Positions 31,355-39,418 of a DNA stretch of 64,000 bases are shown here, one piece after another. Location: positions 288,001 through 352,000 of the forward strand of contig JBBCJC010000001.1 in assembly GCA_037189525.1 (NCBI GenBank). Direction: 5' to 3'. Within the stretch, counting starts at the first letter, position 1. Every line of letters begins with the position of its first letter. The notes under the pieces are model-generated. The model was not told the DNA's origin. It did no database searches and saw nothing but the letters and a program-made list of their open reading frames with translations. Source of the DNA: Gemmatimonadales bacterium. GTDB lineage: Bacteria; Gemmatimonadota; Gemmatimonadetes; Gemmatimonadales; GWC2-71-9. The position numbers and the translations under genes are program-made.

Positions 31355-32226
31355 GTCATGACCCCATGGCTGATCGGCCCGTCCGCGGTTTCGGACGCGG
31401 CCGCCGGCTCTGGGAGCGGGTCCAGCTGCTGCTGACCCCTGCCGATTGGCCTGCTGGCCTGGTCGAACGGCTGGGCGCATCGACCGCCGTGGCACTCCGG
31501 GAACATGCCGACCTGACGGACGCCGCACCAACCGGGCACACGCTCCGGGTCGCCTTCGGCAGCGATTTCCATGCAGGCCCGACCACCTCCGAACGCCTTC
31601 TCGACGCCGCCACCGAAGCGCTGGCCTCGACCGCCCCGGACATCCTCCTGCTGGGCGGCGACTTCGTCTCGATCCACGCGCGTTACATCGACCGCATCGC
31701 CCGACGCCTCGAAACCATCGAGGCACCTGCCGGCCGTTTTGCAGTGTTGGGCAACCATGACCACTGGGCTGGCTCTCGCCCCATCATCCGCGCGCTGGAA
31801 CGGGCCGGCATCGATGTCCTGCTCAACACGAGCCGCCGGCTGCCCGCGCCCTTCGATCAGATCAGCATCTGCGGTATCGATGACCACCTCACCGGTTATC
31901 CGGACGCCGATCGCGCTTTCGCGGACGCCGCTGACGTACGGCTCCTGCTGATGCACGCGCCCTCCGGCTTACTCGATGTCGGGGAGCATCGCTTTGCCGT
32001 TGCGTTTGCCGGCCATACCCACGGCGGACAAATTGCCCTCCCGAACGGATATCCCCTGTATCTGCCCGGCGGTCTCCTGTCGCGGCGATACGCGGCCGGT
32101 CGGTTCGAGCTCCCCTCGGGCGGCAGGCTGCTCGTCAGCCGCGGGGTCGGGTCGTCGACGGTGCCGATCCGGTGGAACTCCCCCGCGGAGGTCCACCTCT
32201 GCCGTATCGGGGTCGCTCGCGACTGA
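31351..32226 (+). CDS. Metallophosphoesterase (YkuE/YaeI-like)
   Basis: SDFH, GDFV, LGNHD, GHTHGGQI, SRGVG. Confidence 0.88.
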   Translation: MSHDPMADRPVRGFGRGRRLWERVQLLLTPADWPAGLVERLGASTAVALREHADLTDAAPTGHTLRVAFGSDFHAGPTTSERLLDAATEALASTAPDILLLGGDFVSIHARYIDRIARRLETIEAPAGRFAVLGNHDHWAGSRPIIRALERAGIDVLLNTSRRLPAPFDQISICGIDDHLTGYPDADRAFADAADVRLLLMHAPSGLLDVGEHRFAVAFAGHTHGGQIALPNGYPLYLPGGLLSRRYAAGRFELPSGGRLLVSRGVGSSTVPIRWNSPAEVHLCRIGVARD

Positions 32227-32311
32227 CTGGCCCCACGCGCTTGCTTGCGTTTCTCCAAAACGGCTCTATCCTCGGGCGCATCACATCCGCATCCTTTTCT
32301 TCGAGGCTCCC

Positions 32312-33787
32312 ATGTGGTCTTCCACCCTTACTCGAATCGTCGCGTCCCTCACCGTCGCGGCGGGTCTGCCAGCCGGTGTCGCGGCGGAACAGCGCGCCGT
32401 CACGGCATCCACCTCCCCCGCATCGACCGTTGACTCGGCGGCCGTGCGACGGGCCAAGGCCGTCGACGCGCTCTTCACCCGCTGGCATACCCCCGATTCG
32501 CCCGGCGCTTCGGTGGCGGTGATCTACGACGGCGCCGTGGTGCATGCCAAGGGATATGGCATGGCCAGCCTGGAACACGGCGTCCCGAACCAGCCGCACA
32601 CGGTCTTCGACATCGCGTCGGTGTCGAAGCAGTTTGGCGCCTTTGCCATCACGCTGCTCGAGGCCGACGGCCGCCTGTCGCTCGACGACGACGTCCGCAA
32701 GTACGTGCCCGAACTTCCCGACTTCGGACACGTCATCACCATTCGGCATCTGGTCCATCACACCTCCGGCCTGCGGGACTGGCCCGGCACGCTCCGGATG
32801 GGCGGCTGGAGCTACGAAGATGTGATGTCCTTCGAGCAGATTCTGCGAATGGCCTACAACCAGAAGACGCTCAACTTCAAGCCCAACGACGAGCATGCCT
32901 ACTCCAACACCGGCTACAACGTGCTGGCCGAGGTGGTCCAGCGGGTGTCGGGACAGAGCTTCAGGGAGTTTACCGAGCAGCGCATGTTCAAACCGTTAGG
33001 CATGTCGCGGACCCATTTCCACGACGACCATCGCGAGGTGGTCCGTGACATGGCCGAGTCGTACTCCCCCGATCGCGATCGTGGCTATCTCCATGTGACC
33101 TCGAATCTGACCGCGCTGGCGTCGAGCTCGCTCTTTACCACGGTCGAAGATCTGGCCAAGTGGGTGGGCAACTTCGAGACGGCCTCGGTGGGCGGACGGC
33201 GGGTCATCGACGCGATGCACCGCCGAGGCGTCCTCAACGCGGGCGACACCATTCCCTACGCCTTCGGGCAGAGCAAGGGCCAGTATCGCGGACTGGAGAC
33301 CTGGTCGCACGGCGGATCGTGGGCCGGCTACCGGAGCGTGCTGACCCGGTTCCCCGCGCAGCGGTTTGCGGTCATCATCCTCGGCAATACCTCCGACATG
33401 GCGCCGGGAACGCTCGCCAATCAGATCGCCGACATCTATCTGGGCGACAAACTCGGCCAGGCCGTTGCACAGTCTTCTCCCTCTCCGTCGCGCGAACAGA
33501 CGGCGCCGTGGAGCCCGACGGCCGCCGAACTTCGGGAGTTCGTGGGCGAGTACCGCAGCGACGAGTTAGAGACCTCATGGCACATCCGGCTGGTCGACGG
33601 CAAGCTGGTCTCGAGCCATTTCCGCCGGGGCGATTCGCCGTTTGTGCCGGCCGGCAAAGACCAATTCCGGTCGCAGGGTCCCGGCGGCGAGATCACCTTC
33701 CAGCGGGATCGCCGCGGCAAAATCACCGGGTTCGTGAGCAACCAGGTCCGGATCCGCCACTTCCTCTTCCGGCGGGTAGGCAACTGA
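32312..33787 (+). CDS. Serine hydrolase, beta-lactamase/AmpC-like family, exported
   Basis: ASVSKQF (SxxK), HHTSGL, YSNTGY, HGGS; C-terminal extension. Confidence 0.88.
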   Translation: MWSSTLTRIVASLTVAAGLPAGVAAEQRAVTASTSPASTVDSAAVRRAKAVDALFTRWHTPDSPGASVAVIYDGAVVHAKGYGMASLEHGVPNQPHTVFDIASVSKQFGAFAITLLEADGRLSLDDDVRKYVPELPDFGHVITIRHLVHHTSGLRDWPGTLRMGGWSYEDVMSFEQILRMAYNQKTLNFKPNDEHAYSNTGYNVLAEVVQRVSGQSFREFTEQRMFKPLGMSRTHFHDDHREVVRDMAESYSPDRDRGYLHVTSNLTALASSSLFTTVEDLAKWVGNFETASVGGRRVIDAMHRRGVLNAGDTIPYAFGQSKGQYRGLETWSHGGSWAGYRSVLTRFPAQRFAVIILGNTSDMAPGTLANQIADIYLGDKLGQAVAQSSPSPSREQTAPWSPTAAELREFVGEYRSDELETSWHIRLVDGKLVSSHFRRGDSPFVPAGKDQFRSQGPGGEITFQRDRRGKITGFVSNQVRIRHFLFRRVGN

Positions 33788-33824
33788 TCCAGCGTTCGAG
33801 CGCAGGCACAGCTCGCGTTTGACA

Positions 33825-33879
33825 TGGTGGAATACGGAGCAAGCTTAGGCAATCATCCCCTTGCTCCGTACTCCAACCA
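33825..33879. repeat. Long imperfect inverted repeat between convergent genes
   Basis: TGG-TGGA-A-TACGGAGCAAG / CTTGCTCCGTA-C-TCCA-A-CCA with a 16-nt loop. Confidence 0.7.
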
Positions 33880-33953
33880 GGATCGGATTCGTCTCTACCA
33901 CCCTCAGACATAACGGGCGACTCAGCGACTCGGACGGCCGGCAGTATCGAGTA

Positions 33954-35441
33954 TCAGCCCGGTTCGGACCGAGCCTGATCGACTGAGTCCGCAGCAAGCA
34001 CATCAATCGTCGCGGCGTAGTTACCATCCGGCTCCCGGATATGCTCGGCGCCGAACCGGGCCCATTGGAGCGGGGTCGCTTGATGCTCGTTGTCGCGGAT
34101 GCCAAGATCGGCGCCTGCCCACATCAGCATGGCCACGACCTCATCCCGGCCGGCAATCGCCGCGTGATGCACCGGCGTCGCGCCAAACTCGTCCAGGCCG
34201 TTGACCGGGAACCCGGCGCGGAGGCAGGCTCGGACCACCGCTACGTCTCCACGACGGGCGGCATCCCTGCACAGATGCAGATCTTCCGGCTCCAACTGCC
34301 GGAGCAACTCGGGCGACGCCAACCGTTCGGCGCGATCGGTATCGCCTGATGCGCACGCCTCGAGCAGCTGATCTACCGCCGAAAGCGGAACCGGGGTGGC
34401 GCCTGCCTGCTCGAGGATAGCGGCAAGCGCCTCCTGCCCGCTCCGACGGGCCAAGAGCCAGGCAGACCGGCCATCGGCTCGCGCGGCGCGCGGATCCGCC
34501 TCATGATCGAGCAGCAGCCGGATAGTCTCGGGACTTTGTCCGCGCCGCACGGCCACGTGCAGGGCCGTTTCGCGTTCGCCACCTGAGCGTACGTCCGGAT
34601 CGGCGCCGTGGTCCAGCAACCAGCGCAGCCCGCGACCCACCGCCGGATGGCGTTCGATATCCCAGTACCTGAGCAGGAAGTACAGCGGCGTATTGCCCCA
34701 ATCGCCGGTCTGGTTCAGATCGACGTCGAATTCGAGCAGCAACGCGAGCGCCTCCTCGTGAAAGCGCTCCGCGGCATGAAAGACCGACTCTCCGTCGGTC
34801 GGCCTGGCCCCCGCCTCGAGCAACATCCGCGCGATCCCGGGCACGTTCCACAGGCCGGTCACCGCATAGAGCGCCGGGAGGGTGTACTGTGTCGCCGTGA
34901 CATTGGGGTCGGCGCCGCGATCGAGCAGAAGCCTGGCACACGATGCAAGCTCCGCATTGAGCGCCGGGCTGCGGCCGTGAAAGGGCGAGAAGCACAACCA
35001 GCCCAGCGGCGACGAGGGCGGCGTCCCTTCCTGCCGTCGCACCGCATCGGGATCTGCATCGAGCAGATCGCGCAGCTCGCGCACCCGGCCGAGCGCCGCG
35101 GCCACGCCTGGACTGATCGCGACGATTCCCGGTTCCGTCGCCAGAATCTGCTCGGCCCGAGTCCGGTTGGGCTCCAGCACGGCATTCAGGAACGCGGTGA
35201 CCGCGTCATCGACCCCGCGAGACGCCTCCACTCGCGTGCGCAGCCGCGCCCAACTCGCAAACCCGTACTCCCTGGCCACCACCCGCTGGGCCTCGGTCAA
35301 CCGAAGGTCGGTACGTGGTCCCAGCACGGCCTCGACCCGCGCCACCGCTTCCGGTGCGCGCGCAAGAAAGGTGCGATGCAACGCTTTGGCTTCGTGCTTC
35401 AGGTGATCGAGGTGCGGACGTGCGGGAAGGTCCTTCGGCAT
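33954..35441 (-). CDS. Ankyrin repeat protein with conserved small N-terminal helical domain
   Basis: LLDRGADPN, GNTPLYF, ETALHVA, GATPVHHAA, ATPLQWA repeats; N-terminus LPARPHLDHLKHEAKAL...AQRVVAREYGFASW. Confidence 0.9.
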   Translation of the reverse strand: MPKDLPARPHLDHLKHEAKALHRTFLARAPEAVARVEAVLGPRTDLRLTEAQRVVAREYGFASWARLRTRVEASRGVDDAVTAFLNAVLEPNRTRAEQILATEPGIVAISPGVAAALGRVRELRDLLDADPDAVRRQEGTPPSSPLGWLCFSPFHGRSPALNAELASCARLLLDRGADPNVTATQYTLPALYAVTGLWNVPGIARMLLEAGARPTDGESVFHAAERFHEEALALLLEFDVDLNQTGDWGNTPLYFLLRYWDIERHPAVGRGLRWLLDHGADPDVRSGGERETALHVAVRRGQSPETIRLLLDHEADPRAARADGRSAWLLARRSGQEALAAILEQAGATPVPLSAVDQLLEACASGDTDRAERLASPELLRQLEPEDLHLCRDAARRGDVAVVRACLRAGFPVNGLDEFGATPVHHAAIAGRDEVVAMLMWAGADLGIRDNEHQATPLQWARFGAEHIREPDGNYAATIDVLAADSVDQARSEPG

Positions 35442-35453
35442 GGCAACCCCCTT

Positions 35454-35559
35454 TCAGTAACGCCCGGTGTCCGCGTCGTTCGGGCCGAAAGAAGGTCGTC
35501 GATGTCCGGCGTCACTCCCAGGTGGACTGAGTCCTTTCCGCGGACCGGATGCGCCCTGA
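35454..35559 (-). ncRNA. Candidate cis-regulatory structured leader RNA of the ankyrin gene
   Basis: Long closing stem, inner helices and alternative anti-SD pairing (see findings). Confidence 0.6.
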
Positions 35560-35572
35560 CACGCAATAGGGA

Positions 35573-35601
35573 AGCTTAGCGCGCGCCGCAGTGCCGGTCA
35601 A
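35573..35601 (-). promoter_or_regulatory. Sigma70-type promoter of the ankyrin gene
   Basis: TTGACC (35601-35596), 17-bp spacer, TAAGCT (35578-35573). Confidence 0.6.
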
Positions 35602-35658
35602 ACGACCGGGCAGGAAACCTCGTTATACTGCAAACGACTCGTCGAGGAACCGGAATCG

Positions 35659-36189
35659 ATGTCGCTGACAATCGAGCGTATTGCCACCACTGCTCTGTCG
35701 CAGAGCGCCCGCAACGCCATCCTCTCGCTGTGCAACGAGGCCTACGATGAGGACCTGACCGGGTACCTGAACGATATCGGCCCGGGCGTCCACCTCCTGG
35801 GCCGGGATGGCCCCGATCTGGTCTCCCACGTGATGTGGGTCGACCGCCGGCTCGAGCCCGGCAATCTGCCGTCGCTCAACACGGCCTACGTCGAACTGGT
35901 AGGTACGCATCCGGCGCATCAACATCGCGGCCATGCAACGGCCCTGATGCAGCGTCTGGCCACCGAAATCGAGTCCTATGATATCGGCGCTCTCTCGCCC
36001 AGTGACCCGGTCTTCTATGAACGACTGGGATGGGAGAGCTGGCAAGGACCGCTCCTGATACAAAGCCCGTCGGGAATCGAAGCCTCTCCCGATGAGGCCG
36101 CGATGATCCTCCGTTTGCCGGCCACGCCCTCCGCGCTCGACCTCACTGCATCGCTCGCCGTGAGTTGGCGGCCGGGTGAAATCTGGTAG
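35659..36189 (+). CDS. GNAT acetyltransferase, AAC(2')-like
   Basis: LVSHVMWVDRRL, TAYVELVGTHPAHQHRGHATALM, FYERLGWESWQGP, WRPGEIW; GAGGA RBS. Confidence 0.85.
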   Translation: MSLTIERIATTALSQSARNAILSLCNEAYDEDLTGYLNDIGPGVHLLGRDGPDLVSHVMWVDRRLEPGNLPSLNTAYVELVGTHPAHQHRGHATALMQRLATEIESYDIGALSPSDPVFYERLGWESWQGPLLIQSPSGIEASPDEAAMILRLPATPSALDLTASLAVSWRPGEIW

Positions 36190-36259
36190 CAATCGACGAC
36201 GCAACCCCTCTCCGATGATGCGTGTCTAATCCTGGTTCCCTCTCGAACCAGGAGACCCC

Positions 36260-37615
36260 ATGCGTCGTCTCGTGCTCATCATCGGGCTCGGCGGGTTCAT
36301 CCTCGGGTGTGGCGCCCGACCCGGAACGCCGGCCGCGGCCGAGCTCTCCCCGAGTAAGGCGCCGGTCGTCGAACTGGCGCACGGTCGCTGGTACGATGGG
36401 CGCGGGTTCGTCACCAGAACGATGTACGTGGAGAACGGCGTTTTCCGTTCGGCCCGCCCGTCTCGCGTGGATTCAATCATCGATCTGCGCGGGGGATACG
36501 TCATTCCGCCCTTCGGTGACGCCCACACGCACAACTTGGACGGACCGTTCAACCTCGATCGGATCCGTGATACGTACGTCGCCGAGGGCACGTTCTATGT
36601 CGCGGTCCTGACGAACACGGCGAGCCGGACCGCGCCAATCCGCCGCCGCTTTAATCAGGCGTGCGACCTCGATGTTCTCTATGCCAATGGCGGCCTGACG
36701 TCGACGCTCAGTCATCCGTTCCTGGCGTACGAACCGCGCGCCATGAACCTGTTCGGCGACTGGCTGGCTCATGCGGACGCCATTCGCGCCAGCCGGATCC
36801 GTGAGAACGATGCCTACTGGTTCCTCAACAGCCAAGAGGACCTGGACGGGAAATGGCCGGCGATTCTGAGCGCAGAGCCCGATCTGATCAAGATCTTCCT
36901 GCTCGATGCGCGCGAATCACCGCCACCGACCCCGTCGACCGGCCTTCCGACCGGGCACGGACTCCGGCCATCGTTGGTTCCGGAGATCGTCCGACGAACA
37001 CACCAGCAGGGGAAGCGCGTCGCTGCACATGTCGAGACTGCCGCCGATTTCCGGATTGCCGTTGCCGGCGGGGTCGACATCCTCGCGCATCTTCCCGGAT
37101 ACGCGTTAGGCGCCGGCCCGGATGGCCGCTCCAACCTGGTTTCGGATCCGAGCCCATTCGTAATCACGGAGGACGATGCCCGGATGGCGGGCAAGCGGCG
37201 CATTGCCGTCACCCCCACCGCCCGCTGGACGTTCGGCGGCCAGGGCCCCGACTCGGCGGCGGTCGTCGCGGCGCGCCACGACCTGATGCGCCGGAACCTC
37301 GAGCGCCTGCGCGTCAACGGCGCGCGGATCGTGATCGGCTCGGATTGGTTCGGCCAGACCGCGTGGGGCGAAATCACCGCGCTCCGACAGGTGGTCGACT
37401 GGCCGGATGCCGACCTGCTGAGGATCTGGGCGGTCGAGACACCCCAAGTCATCTTCCCGGGCAGGAAGATCGGACGCCTCGAACCCGGCTACGAAGCCAG
37501 CTTTCTGGTCCTGGACGAGAACCCGATCGACCGACTGGACGCCTTGCGCACCATTCGGATGCGCGTCAAACAGGGGTGCGTCCTGAACACCGCCGAGAAC
37601 CGCCCACGAGCTTGA
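36260..37615 (+). CDS. Amidohydrolase family lipoprotein
   Basis: ILGC lipobox, IDLRGGYVIP, DAHTH, AAHVE, AHLPG, IGSD, GRLEPGYEASFLVL. Confidence 0.85.
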   Translation: MRRLVLIIGLGGFILGCGARPGTPAAAELSPSKAPVVELAHGRWYDGRGFVTRTMYVENGVFRSARPSRVDSIIDLRGGYVIPPFGDAHTHNLDGPFNLDRIRDTYVAEGTFYVAVLTNTASRTAPIRRRFNQACDLDVLYANGGLTSTLSHPFLAYEPRAMNLFGDWLAHADAIRASRIRENDAYWFLNSQEDLDGKWPAILSAEPDLIKIFLLDARESPPPTPSTGLPTGHGLRPSLVPEIVRRTHQQGKRVAAHVETAADFRIAVAGGVDILAHLPGYALGAGPDGRSNLVSDPSPFVITEDDARMAGKRRIAVTPTARWTFGGQGPDSAAVVAARHDLMRRNLERLRVNGARIVIGSDWFGQTAWGEITALRQVVDWPDADLLRIWAVETPQVIFPGRKIGRLEPGYEASFLVLDENPIDRLDALRTIRMRVKQGCVLNTAENRPRA

Positions 37616-37787
37616 CGAGGTCACATGTCCGGCCAAGCGATCGTCGCCGGGCCGTTGGTCCGTCCGGTCGGTGTGATATTCTGCGAAGACTTTGCCCCGA
37701 GGCACCTCGGATCTTTGACAGAACGGAATACGGAACGGAAGTTCGAGGACGCGTCGGACCGTTCCTCACCCCCTTCCAGGAGCAACC

Positions 37788-38066
37788 GTGGCTCAACGCA
37801 TCAGCCGTTTCTCTGTCGGACAGACGTCCAAGGTGCTGGCCGTACTCTACGGGTTGGGTGCCATCATCGCCATTCCCTTCCTGTGGCTGGCCAACACGGT
37901 CACACCGCCGGAAGAGCAGATCGGCATCGGGTTCCTCCTCCTGTTCCCGATCCTCTACGCCGTACTGATGTTCATCATCACGGCCATCGGGTGCGTCCTG
38001 TACAATTGGGTCGCGCGCATGCTGGGGGGTATCGAGGTCGAGATCGAAACCGCACCCCTCGCGTAA
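37788..38066 (+). CDS. Small membrane protein (DUF3566-like)
   Basis: AGGAG RBS, two TM segments, LYNWVARMLGGIEVE. Confidence 0.75.
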   Translation: MAQRISRFSVGQTSKVLAVLYGLGAIIAIPFLWLANTVTPPEEQIGIGFLLLFPILYAVLMFIITAIGCVLYNWVARMLGGIEVEIETAPLA

Positions 38067-38073
38067 CGCGTCA

Positions 38074-38107
38074 CGCTGCGTGCCTGCACAGTTGCAGGTA
38101 CGCAGCG
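38074..38107. terminator. 15-bp hairpin (terminator or REP-like)
   Basis: CGCTGCGTGCCTGCA-CAGT-TGCAGGTACGCAGCG with one G.T pair. Confidence 0.5.
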
Positions 38108-38174
38108 CGCTGCGGAATGCCGCAACCGGTGCGGCGCCGCGATACACCGGGTTGCAGCTCAATCAAGCAAGAGA

Positions 38175-38668
38175 CGCTGCAGTTCGACGTTGGCTGTCGC
38201 GGCGACCTTCGACGAGATCTGCGCCGTCTGCCGCGATGTCTACGGCGAGGATCTTTCCGCGATATCGGCCCCGGAGTCCACCCGCTCGGCTGGGACGTCA
38301 CCACCCTCGATGCTCACCTCATGTGGGGTCGAGCGGACCTTGTACCTCGGCCGCTGCTCGATACGGCGTACGGGGAACTCGTGGCTACGCGTGTCTCCCT
38401 CAACCACAGGGCATGCCACGGCGCTGAGGCGCCGCCTCGCAGCCAAGATCAGGAAATACGAGATCGGCGCCCCTGTCCCCGTCGGACCGTTCTTCTATAG
38501 CGACTGGACTGGGAGCGCTCGCGGGGTGCCCTTCTGGTGTAGACAGCAAACGGCATCGAGGCCACGCCGGACGAGGCGCTGATGGTGCTGTGCCTGCCAC
38601 GCACGCCACCCGACCTCGATCTCAGCGCCTCCCTCGCGGTCGACTGGCGCCCGGATGAGGTTTGGTAA
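38175..38668 (+). pseudogene. Frameshifted GNAT pseudogene, paralog of 35659..36189
   Basis: Fragments in different frames: EDL, DIGPGVH, AHLMW, TAYGELV, GHATAL, FY, GIEATPDEALM, DLSASLAVDWRPDEVW*; in-frame TAG at 38540-38542; 5' boundary approximate. Confidence 0.85.
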
Positions 38669-38730
38669 GCCGATTGGCTAGACTGGCTCGCATACCGTAC
38701 TTGGGGGATGGACCTGTGAGGAGAAACGAC

Positions 38731-39138
38731 ATGCCGACACGCAGTTTTCGAGCGAGTGGATTCGTGGTGGCGATGGCACTGGCCGGCTGCACCCAGGTGC
38801 CGACCGAGATAAACGTGTGTCCCGCAAACATCGGTTACTCGCTGTCGGTCCAGGTACGGGACTCCCTCTCGGCCGCTCCGCTTGCCGCAGGGTCGGTCGC
38901 CTGGTTCGAGACGGGCTCCATTCGCGACTCGTTGCGTACCAATATCTGGATCGATGTCGACGGTGAGCTTGTGCCCGTCGGCTTCACGGGCGGGCACAGC
39001 GCGGGATCGTATACGGTGGAGGTTCGGAAGCCGGGGTACCAGACCTGGACGGCGCGCACGAGCGTCGAGCAAGGACCGTGCGGACCGATTACGGCGTCCC
39101 TCATCGCGCGCCTGACGAAGGACCCCGCCGCACCGTAG
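38731..39138 (+). CDS. Hypothetical lipoprotein (carboxypeptidase-regulatory-like fold possible)
   Basis: GAGGAG RBS, LAGC lipobox, SVQVRDS, GSYTVEVRKPGYQTW. Confidence 0.7.
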   Translation: MPTRSFRASGFVVAMALAGCTQVPTEINVCPANIGYSLSVQVRDSLSAAPLAAGSVAWFETGSIRDSLRTNIWIDVDGELVPVGFTGGHSAGSYTVEVRKPGYQTWTARTSVEQGPCGPITASLIARLTKDPAAP

Positions 39139-39382
39139 CATCGTCGGCAACCCAGGCCGGCGCTTGCCTATCGACGGCAACGCCGATCACGATCGACGGT
39201 AAGCTCGTCCCCTACGCCTTCTCAGGTGGCCTGGGCACAGCACCTTCCGTCGCGCCCGCCTTCTGAACCTCGACGTAGTACTCTCCGCGGTCGGCTCGGC
39301 ACCGGCCGACCGCGCATCATTGAACGACAAGAGGGACGCATCAGCGATCCAGCCCAAAAACAAGGACAGCCATCGGATCGCC

Positions 39383-39416
39383 TCTTGACGGGTCAAGATA
39401 TCTGACTAAGGTCAGA
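39383..39416 (+). promoter_or_regulatory. Two palindromic operators overlapping a probable leaderless promoter
   Basis: TCTTGAC-GG-GTCAAGA (39383-39398) and TCTGAC-TAAG-GTCAGA (39401-39416); TTGACG...TAAGGT; ATG at 39419. Confidence 0.65.
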
Positions 39417-39418
39417 GA

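Noticed and set aside
32312..33787. Beta-lactam resistance gene
   Set aside because: SxxK/YxN motifs are shared by many peptidases and esterases of this family; HGG in place of KTG and the C-terminal extension favour a general serine hydrolase.
38061..38120. TAAC at a stop codon followed by a long hairpin, attC-like
   Set aside because: GCGTAAC does not fit RYYYAAC and no complementary GTTRRRY closes the element; kept only as a hairpin.
39140..39396. Short ORFs (39078..39266 +, 39187..39396 -), a possible decayed VOC/glyoxalase fragment and a 10-bp inverted repeat at 39286-39314
   Set aside because: No RBS or convincing motif; the similarity is too weak to call by eye.
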